Shown here: positions 42,084-60,281 of the stretch, piece by piece | How the letters are laid out: each line of letters starts with the position of its first letter | How positions within the stretch are numbered: position 1 is the first letter of the stretch | Assembly: GCA_964016885.1 (NCBI GenBank) | Contig: OZ024753.1 | Coordinates: 33,480,001 to 33,544,000, forward strand | Reading direction: 5' to 3' | DNA: 64,000 bases | Source: Eledone cirrhosa | Lineage: Eukaryota | Made by a program: the position numbers and the translations under genes | Notes under the pieces: model-generated | Databases searched by the model: none | Seen by the model: the letters and a program-made list of their open reading frames with translations, nothing else | What the model was told of the DNA's origin: nothing

Positions 42084-42233
42084 ATTCCTTTCAACTAAAC
42101 TGTATCCATTCAAATCTTTCTATTTTTCTCCGGATTACTTTTGGAACTACAACTGGAACCGTCGAGCAAACTCTACGTGAGCTGATAATCTACTGTGTGT
42201 AATATTTATATTACAACACAACGGAAAATACTG

Positions 42234-42857
<624 letters not shown>

Positions 42858-43843
42858 CAATCTTTCGGAATGATGAAACCGTCGGTAACAGCATCTGAAC
42901 AGGTGATTATTTAATCATTTTTTAATTTATTTAGAAAATTGTTTAATAACCGTTTGTTTCGCTACTTTTATATTGTTCTGGTATCTCGAATTAGTGCCAT
43001 TGAACCACATGTATTATAAACAACTTGAATATTTCTACAAGTACATTGTACCTGTTGAAGTATCCATCCACTTCTATAATTTATTCTCCTTACGTAGAGA
43101 ACAAAACGTTGAATAATGCCGCTAATTTTAGGGGCAATTCGACATGTTTATAATATCCAGCTTTTATCAGCGACCTGATTTGCGTGTGTGTCACTTTAAC
43201 GGCTTGACCGCATGCGTTGGGCAGGGAGCATAATATTTACTTGCTATACCTTATAGCGTGGAAATAGGGCTGTCTGAAGATTCATTTCTTTCCATTGGAA
43301 ATTCGTTGGATGAACAGGTGATTATTTAATCATTTTTTAATTTATTTAGAAAATTGTTTAATAAACCGTTTGTTTCGCTACTTTTATATTGTTCTGGTAT
43401 CTCGAATTAGTGCCATTGAACCACATGTATTATAAACAACTTGAATATTTCTACAAGTACATTGTACCTGTTGAAGTATCCATCCACTTCTATAATTTAT
43501 TCTCCTTACGTAGAGAACAAAACGTTGAATAATGCCGCTAATTTTAGGGGCAATTCGACATGTTTATAATATCCAGCTTTTATCAGCGACCTGATTTGCG
43601 TGTGTGTCACTTTAACGGCTTGACCGCATGCGTTGGGCAGGGAGCATAATATTTACTTGCTATACCTTATAGCGTGGAAATAGGGCTGTCTGAAGATTCA
43701 TTTCTTTCCATTGGAAATTCGTTGGATTTCCAATCTTTCGGAATGATGAAACCGTCGGTAACAGCATCTGAACAGGTGATTATTTAATCATTTTTTAATT
43801 TATTTAGAAAATTGTTTAATAACCGTTTGTTTCGCTACTTTTA
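42858..43843 (+). mobile_element. Tandem ~458-bp non-coding repeat (~2.2 units) carrying a hammerhead ribozyme; retrozyme/Penelope pLTR-like
   Basis: TGAACAGGTG recurs at 42896, 43311 and 43769 (periods 415 and 458); units nearly identical; (TA)n on both sides. Confidence 0.85.
43685..43765 (+). ncRNA. Type I hammerhead ribozyme motif
   Basis: Stem I GCTGT/ACAGC; CTGAAGA 43690-43696; stem II TCATTTC/GGAATGA plus ATTGGAAAT/ATTTCCAAT; GAAA 43748-43751; stem III ACCG-T-CGGT palindrome; GUA ending at 43760. Confidence 0.85.
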
Positions 43844-45632
<1,789 letters not shown>

Positions 45633-45832
45633 NNNNNNNNNNNNNNNNNNNNNNNNNNNNNNNNNNNNNNNNNNNNNNNNNNNNNNNNNNNNNNNNNNNN
45701 NNNNNNNNNNNNNNNNNNNNNNNNNNNNNNNNNNNNNNNNNNNNNNNNNNNNNNNNNNNNNNNNNNNNNNNNNNNNNNNNNNNNNNNNNNNNNNNNNNNN
45801 NNNNNNNNNNNNNNNNNNNNNNNNNNNNNNNN
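45633..45832. other. Assembly gap (200 N)
   Basis: Run of n. Confidence 0.99.
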
Positions 45833-45978
45833 ACCAACACCCGGATATGTCTCCGCAAACAGTAATTCTCTTCTCGAATGGGCCATGGTGCCCAAATCCT
45901 GAATTGAAAGACTTCGCCAGGTGGTGCTATTAAGTTAGACATGGCCTGGGCCAATACTGGCCAAAACATTTCAAAGTT

Positions 45979-46160
45979 ATATATACATATATATATATAT
46001 ACATATACATATACATATATACATATATACATATACATATATACATATACATATATACATATACATATATACATATACATATATACATATACATATACAT
46101 ATATACATATATACATATGTATATACATATACATATATATATATATACATATATATATAC

Positions 46161-46223
<63 letters not shown>

Positions 46224-46248
46224 CATATACATATGTATATACATATAC

Positions 46249-46295
<47 letters not shown>

Positions 46296-46584
46296 CATAT
46301 ATATATACATATATATATATACATATATACATATATATATACATATATATATACATATATATATATACATATATATATACATATATATATACATATATAT
46401 ATACATATATATATACATATATATATACATATATATATACATATATATATACATATATATATACATATATATATACATATATATATACATATATATATAC
46501 ATATATATATACATATATATATACATATATATATACATATATATATACATATATATATACATATATATATACATATATATATAC

Positions 46585-46617
<33 letters not shown>

Positions 46618-47190
46618 CATATATATATACATATATATATATACATATATACATACATATATATATACATATACATATATATATACATATACATATATAT
46701 ATACATATACATATATATATACATATACATATATATATACATATACATATACATATACATATATATATACATATACATATATATATATATACATACATAT
46801 ATATATATACATACAGATATATATATATACATATACATACAGATATATATATACATATACATACATATATATATACATATATATATATACATATATATAT
46901 ATACATATACATATACATACATATATATATACATATATATATATACATATATATATATACATATATATATACATATACATACATATATACATATACATAT
47001 ATATATACATATACATACATACATATATATATATACATACATATATATATACATATATATATACATATATATATACATATATATATATACATATATATAT
47101 ACATATATATATATACATATATATATATACATATATATATACATATATATATACATATATATATACATATATATATAAATATATATATAC

Positions 47191-47222
<32 letters not shown>

Positions 47223-47600
47223 ATATACATATACATATATATATATATATACATATATATACATAGATATATATATACATATACATATATATATATATAT
47301 ACATATATATACATAGATATATATATACATATATATACATAGATATATATATATACATATATATATATACATATACATACATATATATACATATACATAT
47401 ATATACATATATATATACATATATATACATATATATACATATACATACATATACATATATACATACATATACATATATATACATATACATATATACATAT
47501 ACATATATACATATACATATACACATATACATATATACATATACATATATACATATATATATACATATATATATATAAATATATATATATACATATATAT
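45979..47600. repeat. (TA)nCA microsatellite incl. homogeneous CATATATATATA 12-mers
   Basis: Direct inspection. Confidence 0.97.
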
Positions 47601-48050
47601 GTGAGGAGCGCGATGCTGCATGGTAGTGAGACATGGGCAGCAACCGCAGAGGATATGCGACGGCTGGAGAGAAATGAGGCAAGCATGCTCCGTTGGATGT
47701 GCAGTGTAAATGTGCGTGAACGACTCGGCATAAATGTGTTGAGAGAGAAACTGTGTCTGAGAGGGATAGAATGTAGTGTACGGGAGAGGAGACTGAGGTG
47801 GTATGGACATGTGATGCACATGGAGGATGACCGATGGGTGAAGAAGTGCCAGGAAATGCCAGTTGAAGGAAGACGTGGTAGAGGTAGACCACGAAAAACA
47901 TGGGCGGAGGTGGTGAGAACAGACCTCAGATCATTGAATCTCACGGTGGAGATGACGAGGGACCGTGACGAGTGGAGAGATGCTGTGCTGAATAAGACCC
48001 GTCCCACCCTTGCAAGCAGGGAAAAGCGGACGTAAAATGATGATGATGAT
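47601..48050 (+). mobile_element. 5'-truncated young RTE LINE (ORF2 C-terminus, open)
   Basis: [11 protein letters not shown]...[12 protein letters not shown]...RRLRWYGHV...[12 protein letters not shown]...EKRT* followed by (ATG)n; inserted in (TA)n. Confidence 0.92.
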
Positions 48051-48077
48051 ATATACATATATATATACATATATATA

Positions 48078-48392
48078 TAGGAGGTGAGTTTTATTGTAGT
48101 ACAATAAAGCAATGCAGATATCGGATAAGAAGCACTCTACAGTTTGTGGGACTGGAGTATGCATAATATAAGATCAAAAGATGGTTAAAGGAGTTCCATA
48201 TATTTTATTATGCGCATTTCAAAAACAAACATCATCAAGCAATAATATTTGTGTTTTCATCATATTTGTGTTATCATGTTCTCCTGTTTTATCTGATGAA
48301 AACACAAATATTATTGCTTGATGATGTTTGTTTTTGAAATGCGCATAATAAAATATATGGAACTCCTTTAACCATCTTTTGATCTTATATTA
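48078..48392. mobile_element. Centrally deleted, inverted copy of the 39500-40759 fold-back element
   Basis: 48078-48262 is the reverse complement of ~40575-40759; 48272-48392 matches ~40553-40674. Confidence 0.88.
48286..48354 (+). ncRNA. Type I hammerhead ribozyme motif
   Basis: Identical to 40567-40635. Confidence 0.8.
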
Positions 48393-48882
<490 letters not shown>

Positions 48883-51713
48883 TCATCATCAACGTTTAAC
48901 GCCCGTGTTCCACGCTTGCATGGGTTTGGACGGGGGTAGTCCCACTTGAGGCAAGAGTGATTGTCTTGCTCGCATAGGACTGTCTGGCAGGTTTTCTACA
49001 GTTGGATGCCCTTCCTAACACCAACCACATTTACAGTGTGGGTCTGGGAGGTTTTTACCGTGTTGCCTACACGGCCACATTACAGCGTGGACTGTGTGTT
49101 TTTTTGTCGTGACACCTACACGATCTCATTTGTTTCGGCCTCGATGGCGTGGCACCAACATAACTTTACATAGAACGGGGTGGTGTGGATGGGGTGGGGG
49201 TGGGGGTGGTGGGACGGGGTGTATTTTGTTAGAGATGCCTACTGGCTGGAGTAGGTTTTACTATATATTTAGGTAAGGCGGGTCTTCTCTGTTACTGAGT
49301 ACCGCCAAAGGTCTCGGTCCAGTGACATTGTCTTGGAGAGGTGTAAGTGTGTGATGTCGGAGTTTATCAGCTCGTCCCAGGTTTTTCTAGGTCTGCCTAT
49401 TCCGTGACTACCGTCTATCTTTATTGCCCTGAACTTTGTTATACAGCTATCGACTTTCATGCGCATCACGTGTCCATACCAACGTAGCCTTCTCTCGAGT
49501 AAACAACATCTGATCCCTCTTATCTCTAATTTTTTCCTTAGTTCGTTTATGCTTTGCCGTTCACGTATATTACTGTTACACATCCAGCGGAGCATGCAAG
49601 CTTCGTTCCTCTCTAGTCTGCGTATATCCTCTGCACACAATTCCCAGGTCTCACTGCCATGCAGCATTGCTGTTCGTATGCAGGCATCGTACAACCTGCC
49701 TTTCATTTTTAGGGAGAACCCTTTAGCAGCTAATAGTGGTATAAGCTCTCTGAACTTTTTCCAACCAGTTCTGACTCTAGCTACAGTGCTCCCAGAGCAC
49801 CCTCCCCCACTGCTGATTTTATCGCCCAGGTAACGGAAGCTGTCCACTATTTCTATAGAACCCTCTGCGCAATTGAAAGAGCCAGTATTTTGTGGGCACT
49901 TGCTGCTACTTATTGCACCAGAACACCGGCCACATGTAAAATCTATGTTCTTAGTTAGCTTACCTGTGATCCCACTACATCTTTTATGCACCCATACTTT
50001 GCATTTAGGACATAAAATGGAGTTTCTACCTACGGCTTTCCTACACACCGAGCACGACCATTTCCCAGAAGGGATCGCCGCCTTGTTTTCTTTCCTACAA
50101 ACTAGAACTTTGGTCTTAGCCAGGTTAATTTTAAGTCCTTTTGATTCTAGGCCGTGCTTCCATGTTTTGAATTTCTTCTCTAGCTCGGCCATTGATTCCG
50201 CTATGAGTGTCAGGTCGTCTGCGTATAGGAGTTCCCATGGGCAGCCTGTCTTGAACTCCTCTGTTATAGCCTGAAGGGCAATAATAAATAGTAGGGGGCT
50301 GAGAACAGAGCCCTGATGGACGCCAACTTTTACGCTAAACTCTTCACTATATTCGTTGTTAATTCTAACCTTGCTGACTGTTTCTTTATACATGGCTTGT
50401 ATAGCCCTCACAAGCCATTCGTCAACGCCTAGTTTTCTAAGAGCCCACTAGATAATGGAGCGGGGGACTCTGTCGAAGGCTTTCTCCAAGTCGACAAAAG
50501 CTAAGTAGAGGGGTTTACCTTTAGCTAGGTACTTCTCCTGTAGTTGTCGTACTATGAAAAGAGCGTTTGTGGTACTTTTGCCTGACACAAACCCGAACTG
50601 CATTTCATCTAGGTCAATTCTCTCTCTGATTAGTTGCGCTATTACTTTTTCCGTGACCTTCATGACCTGGTCGATTAATTTAATGCCTCTATAGTTACTC
50701 CTATCTAGGGCGTCTCCTTTACCCTTATAACAGTTAACGATGATGCTGCTATGCCAGTCCTTCGGAACAACCCCATTCTGTACGACTTGGTTAACTATGC
50801 GGGTGACCATGGTGTGTCCCACCGTGCCAGATGCCTTCAGCATCTCAGCAACTATTTCCGAAGGCCCAGCCACCTTACCCGTCTTCATATCCTTGATTGC
50901 CTTACTTATTATACTCCCCTCGACTAACACTGCTGGTCCCTCTATTGGGTCGATATGGGGGAGACTGTCTTTCTCCCATTTATTCTCCTCATTTAGTAGC
51001 CTTTCATAGTGACACTTTCCAAGCTACCTTCTTATCAGCGTCGGTGATGGCAAGTGTGCCATCGTCGTTTAGTACACACTTCTCCCCGACAATATCACGG
51101 TTTTCCTTGACGCATTGCCTAGCAATCCTGAACACCTCACGTTTTTGGTCATCGTGTTGTAGAACATGCTTGAACTTTCTTTCCTCAGCTTCCCTTCTTG
51201 CTAAGTACACTTGTCTCCTAGCTTCCCTCCTGGCCACTTGATAGTCTTCTCTACTTCCCCCATCCCGCCATACTTTCCAAGCCTGCTTTTTGGCCTTAAT
51301 TGACCTCTCCACCTTACTGTTCCACCACCATGTTACTCTCCTCCTGCCTACAGGCCTGCTCCAGCCACAGACTTCGTCTGTCGCCAACAGCAGGTTTGCT
51401 TTCAGAAATTCCCACTCTCCGTCTATATTGTCCGACTCTAAATGTTCTTCCTTACTGTCGAAAGCATCAAGTAATATGCTTTGAAATTTATTCCTGGCTG
51501 TGGGGTCCTTTAGCTTCCATATTTTTCTCCTGAGGATAGTCCTCTTCTGCTGTCGAGTACGTCTCGTCCTGACTATGAGGTCGCTAATTATCAGTCTATG
51601 TTGGGAGGTGCATTCTTCATGGGGGAGGGATTTAGTGTTTACAACAGACACTGTCACGTCTTCTGGTAAGGATATAATCTACCTGGCTTGTGTGTTCCCC
51701 GGATCTATAGGTG
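48883..51713 (-). mobile_element. RTE-clade LINE, 5'-truncated, with 3' UTR and (ATG)n tail
   Basis: APE C-terminal TYRSG..SQVDYIL, RT motifs, ~385-bp 3' UTR; both ends abut (TA)n. Confidence 0.95.
49269..51713 (-). pseudogene. ORF2 endonuclease(partial)/reverse transcriptase, disrupted
   Basis: YRGIKL, QFGF...STTNA, FVDLEKAFDRVPR, GVHQGSVLSPLLF, LLYADD, FRYLG; in-frame TAG at 50448-50450; frameshifts near 51017 and ~51650. Confidence 0.93.
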
Positions 51714-54769
<3,056 letters not shown>

Positions 54770-55002
54770 CAGTTCAAGATTAAAAAAGACATCAATATAA
54801 TTACACAGTTGTATTAGTTTCACATTTGTTGGTAAAAAAAAAGTTGTTAAAAAAAAAGTGTCTCAATGTGTCGGATGTTAGATCATCATCGTGAGGAGTA
54901 AATTAGGAGAAAGGGGAGTATAGAAGGTGAAGTAAAAAGAAACAAAAAGGAGGGCAAAGAGAAACAATCATGGAAGATTCACGATTCAAAATCCAATAAA
55001 CC

Positions 55003-55105
55003 AGATGACGAAGGACCGTGACAAGTGGAGAGATGCTGTGCTGAATAGGACCCATCCAGCCCTTGCAAGCAGGGAAAAGCGGACGTAAAATTATGATGAT
55101 GATCA
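55003..55105 (+). mobile_element. RTE 3' tip
   Basis: Matches 47950-48050. Confidence 0.85.
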
Positions 55106-55124
55106 TGCTAGGAGGCAGAAAGCT

Positions 55125-55350
55125 CTTGTGAGGTAAAAAGATGGAAGTTTGCCTGTTATGGTCAGGTCATGTAATCTGCCACAACTCCTAGTCTAAGGCC
55201 ATCCTTCAGGGCACAGTCAAGAGAGGACAAGGAAGAGGCAGACAGGGAAAATTCTGGTTGGACAACAACAAAGACTGGACTGATCAAAACACCAAGGTCC
55301 TATTATGCATGATAATGAATAGAGACCAGTGGTAATGACTGACTGCAAAA
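55125..55350 (+). pseudogene. RTE (BovB-like) ORF2 C-terminal fragment
   Basis: SKAILQGTVKRGQGRGRQGKFWLDNNKDWT. Confidence 0.7.
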
Positions 55351-55415
55351 GCATCTAGAATTGCACCCAAACAACTAGCTGTATTAGTTGTGGGAACATT
55401 ATATGTGTATATATA

Positions 55416-55509
55416 CAGGGTGTCCCAAAAAATTTGACAATTTTAAAAGCAAATATCTTGACAACTACTAAGTCTAGCTCAATGATGTCAAATTTTTTGG
55501 GACACTCTG
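55416..55509. mobile_element. 94-bp Tc1/mariner MITE
   Basis: 24-bp TIRs CAGGGTGTCCCAAAAAATTTGACA / TGTCAAATTTTTTGGGACACTCTG with TA flanks. Confidence 0.85.
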
Positions 55510-55514
55510 TATAT

Positions 55515-55626
55515 ATCATCATCACCGTTTTATATCCATTTGCCACACAAGCATGGGTTAGACAAGTTGTCCTGTTGTGGGGCAATGCTAGGTCAGGTGA
55601 CCATGTCTTGTTCATACAGAACTGAT
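55515..55626 (-). mobile_element. RTE-type 3' tail fragment
   Basis: Matches 38408-38525. Confidence 0.75.
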
Positions 55627-55816
55627 ACATATATATATATATATATACTTTTGCTGGTTTCAGTTAGTAGACAGCACCTATGCAGGGACGTGTGGGTGGG
55701 TGTGTTTGTATATATTTATCATATTTATGTGTGTTCAATCAAGCAAAACCCAAATCTAAATAACAAGAGCAACAACCACCACAATAATAACAAAAAACAA
55801 TGACAACACTAACAAC

Positions 55817-56030
55817 GTGGATTGGCTGTATCGGTAGAGGGGCGGATGCCATGCTTTGCAGCATAGAATTACGACCCTTTATGATCTGAGTTCAAATCTC
55901 GCCGAGGTTAACTTTGCCTTTCATCCTTTCGGGGTCGATAAAATAAAGTACCAGTCACAGACTGGGGACGATTTAATCGACTTCCACCCACCCCCCAAAT
56001 TGCTGGCCTTGTGCCTATATAAGAAATCAT
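55817..56030 (+). mobile_element. SINE family B (long subfamily)
   Basis: Matches the reverse complement of 15781-15995. Confidence 0.9.
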
Positions 56031-56420
56031 TATTTACAGCAATAAACCTCAAACAACACCACCAACAAAATCAGCAGCAACACACCAAACAACATTAACA
56101 AGGCAATGAAAGATCCACTCTATTATTTGTGTTCATAGAAATAAGAGCCAACTCTCCCTTAATTCAAACTAATAAAGGAGACATTTTTATTTGTGAAATG
56201 TAGTTCCTGTTAGACATACAGACGAGATGGTTATAACCAGATTATCTTTGATCATAGGACTGTTCATTCAGGGTTGAAGTTGAGCTGAAGAATGATCCAC
56301 TGAATGTGAATATATATATTTTTGAAAATATTGATTTTTAATTAAAGAGTCGATTCATCTTTTCAACAAAGAACTTTTGTTTAATGTGTCTGTGACCCTT
56401 GATCTCCCTCTCCCTATGTA

Positions 56421-56454
<34 letters not shown>

Positions 56455-57014
56455 CACCACACACACACAACACATGTATATATACATATGTTATATGTAT
56501 TATATATAAATACACACACACATATATACACACACAGACACAGATATATATATATATACACATTCATGCATACATATATTTATACATTATATCATTTATT
56601 CTCACTGTCTTTCCCATCAAACATACACCCACACAACCTGATATACACACTCACATCATTACCCCCACCCCACCACCACTATACACAGCTTCAGCACTTA
56701 CAATATTTTCTTTAAAACAATTCATTACGTCTTTAATTAACCAAACTTCAATTATTTTAATTATGAACAGAGGTCAACAAGAGATAAATTTTCTCAATGT
56801 CTTAATTCTCTACTTAAGAAAACGACTGGAGCCACTCTGAAGTTTCAGTAATCATTTAAGAGTCTGTTTGTTATAGTTATGTCTATGATATCTACTTATA
56901 ACTCAGGTGTTGTATTGGAGGAGTAAAAGTACTTTCAGTGGGAATCACCATGTTTCCAAAAGTGCTGCATACATGCATGCATCAGCTCAAAGCTTCCTGC
57001 CTCATAGCTATCCA

Positions 57015-57312
57015 CCACATGTGCTGGTGCAGACATGTCCTGCGCTTTCCACCAGATCATCTTACCAGGACCTTACTTTTGTTTGAAGCAGCAGCTGCAG
57101 ACTGGAAGAGGCCCCACAGCAGGCTCTGCACTAGATGGCTGGATATCATCAGGGAAGATCTCCAGAGGGTCGATATCACCTTGGAAGATGCAGAGGAGTT
57201 GGAACAGGACCGCCAGCAATGGAGGGAGCTGGTGCGCCTCATCAACTCTATGCATGACAATGCTTTAGGATCACTGACTAAGGATGACCCCAGCCTCATT
57301 GAGGAAGACGAC
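57015..57312 (+). pseudogene. RTE-like LINE ORF2 C-terminal fragment
   Basis: W.RHVLRFPPDH.TR.LL.F......WKRP..R..TRWLDIIREDL......LEDAEEL.QDRQQWRELV. Confidence 0.75.
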
Positions 57313-57365
57313 GAAAAAAAGTGCTGCTCCATGGATTGATGAGACACTAATTATGTATAACATGT

Positions 57366-57709
57366 AGGCACATGGCTTAGTGGTTAGAGCATTGACCTTG
57401 CAATCGAAAGGTTGTGAGTTCAATTCTCAGACCGGGTGATGTGTTGTTTCCTTGAGCAAGACACTTTATTTCACATTGCTCCAGTTTACTCAGCTGTAGA
57501 AATGAGATGATAGAGACTGGGGTCCCTATCATTCCACTGCAAAGTGGTCGTGGAGGTGCCACGGAAAAAAAGCACCCAGCACTCACTGTAAATGAGGTTG
57601 GTGTTAGGAAGGGCATCCAGCTGTAGAAATCAAGCTAGCATCAGTTCCCGTCCCACCCTTGCAAGCAGGGAAAAAGCGGACGTAAAATGAAATGATGATG
57701 ATGATGATG
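57366..57709 (+). mobile_element. SINE family A, full length
   Basis: Matches 24857-25200. Confidence 0.92.
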
Positions 57710-58180
57710 TATAGTATCTTGTGTCATTATTTTGTAGTATGTCCAGTTCAGAACAAAGTAAGAAGAGTGATTGCAGGTACATTTTATCATAGGACCAACA
57801 GAATGTACTGGGTGCATTTTAACAGTGCAAACACTACCTGTTACAGAATGTACCAGGTGCATTTTATAGTGAATAGACAAATAAGAAAATGGTAAATTCA
57901 CCAGATTTTGGAAACCTTGTTAAATAGTATAAAATTATTTGCTATATAAACTTAAAACTAAATAATAAAGTGGGTGAAAGAACACCAGCTACAAAGTAAA
58001 ATATATTTTCTGTTTTACTTTTTAAAATGTAATTATTTATCTTATCTCAGATTACATTTAAACTCATTTTAATATATTTATCAACTTTTATAATAAATTT
58101 GACATTCAAGATAACATTGGAAAACTTCACATTACCATAAATAAGAAACGATATGCTTCTTAAAATTATTATCATTAGAG

Positions 58181-58400
58181 TGGTGGATTGGTAGTATTGG
58201 TAAATCATTGGACATGATTTGTGGCATATAGTTACATCCCTATAGGTTCTGAGTTCAAATCTTGCGAAGATTAGTTTTGTCTTTCATCCTTACATGCTTG
58301 ATAAAATAAAATACCAGTAATGCACTGGGGTCGATTTAATTGACTTTCCCGTCCCCAACAAAAAAGTTGTTTGGCCTTGTGCCTAAATCATAAACAATTA
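58181..58400 (+). mobile_element. SINE family B, diverged
   Basis: GGTGGATTGGTAGTATTGGTA...CTGAGTTCAAATC...CTTTCATCCTTAC...GATAAAATAAAATACCAG. Confidence 0.8.
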
Positions 58401-59146
58401 TTAGAGAAGTGGATTGGCAGAATTGGTAGAGCAATGGAGAAAATAGCATTGTCGTATTTGTTCTGGGTCTTTATTTTCTTATATCAAATCTATTTTTATT
58501 CTTCTTTGGCTTTGTTGCTTGCCCCTTCCCCAAAAGCATTCAACTTCCTCATCAGCCATCACTGGAATGCAATTTCATGCCTAAGAGTGGTAATACATAA
58601 TATCAACGCCACGGGGTGAATGAGCATTGGTATGTTTTTGATATATGGATCTTGCTTAAAAAGAAAGCAACTAACTATAAATGAAATGAAATCTATTTTA
58701 CATTAAATCTCAAGTATTTCTAAAATTTCACAACATTTTACTCCTTTCCTTTCCTCAATAAGGCTTAAGAGAAGATGCAATCAATTCCAATAAAATCTGT
58801 TTATATTTATATAATCTGTTTATATGAAATAAATATTCTAAACATTAAAATGGCATGATTGATGAAGTGTAGAGAGTGTGAATATCATTTGGATTTAATA
58901 GATTTTAATGGGGAAAATTCTACACTGGAATAGAAGACATATTTCAAAAATAATCTTTCAAACGCTTCATAGTTATATACTTGACAAATCTTGTGCATGT
59001 TATCATCAAAGAAATGTGTTAGCATTATGTTTTAATTAACAAAAATCTCATTAACTAGATTGGATGGCTTTTGGTTTCTCTGTATCTTCTAAGAGGTCTA
59101 AAGAAGAGAAATATATATATATATTTATATACACACACGCACACAC

Positions 59147-59177
<31 letters not shown>

Positions 59178-59617
59178 TGTATACACACACAAAATGTGGG
59201 CGTATGTGTGTGTGTATATATATATATATGTTTATTTCTATATTTATATAATTATGCACTGACGTTTTTCGAAATACAATTCATTTTACATTTATATACA
59301 TACACACATGTATACAAGCTTTTTTATGAGTGTTTGTATGTATACATATATACATACACACGTACATATACACATACATACATACATACATACATACATA
59401 GTGATACATACATAGATAAATACATGTATATATATACACACATATATATACATAAATACACACACCTTCATACATACACACACATGCATACATACATACA
59501 TACACACATGCATATATACGTAAATATGTTCATACACATGCATACATATGTAAATAAATGCATACATACATAAAAACAGTGATACATACATAGATACATA
59601 AATACATACACACACAC

Positions 59618-59654
<37 letters not shown>

Positions 59655-60045
59655 AAATTATTGTAATTACAGCCGATGATAATATATAATCATGACACTT
59701 GTTTAACACTCAAATCTTTTTTCCATTATTAATTTCCATATAACTGTAATATACATATTCACCTTTTTACAATAATTATTGTTCTTTTTCATTAATTATC
59801 ATACGTATGAGTATATATGTGAACAGAATTCATTTTAATTAAATAGTGTGTGCTGCTATCTCATTATCCAACATTTTTAACATTTGGCTATCTTCTCATA
59901 GCTGTTTCTTATAAAATATTTCTCTCTGTAGATGTTTTCATGCTTTCATTACATTAAATTATTTTTGAAATTTAAATGTGGTTTCCATGCATATGTTTAA
60001 TAAATTCATTTTGATTTCTAGTTTTTTAATTCATCTAATAGTTGT

Positions 60046-60148
60046 ATCATCATCATCATCATTTTACATCCGCTTTTCTCTATTTGCAAGGGTGGGACGG
60101 GTCCTATTCAGCACAGCATCTCTCCACTTGTCACGGTCCTTCGTCATC
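60046..60148 (-). mobile_element. RTE 3' tip
   Basis: Reverse complement of 55003-55105. Confidence 0.85.
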
Positions 60149-60281
60149 ATGGATAAAATATAACCCCTGCTCTCTTACTTTTATTATATATTCATTTTGT
60201 GGTTTGATTAATTTAAATATGTGCCACACACGTGAACTGTATCTATATCTATCTATCTCTATATATATATATATATATATA

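Noticed and set aside
49459-51533. Plus-strand ORFs overlapping the LINE
   Set aside because: Antisense shadows of the RTE ORF2
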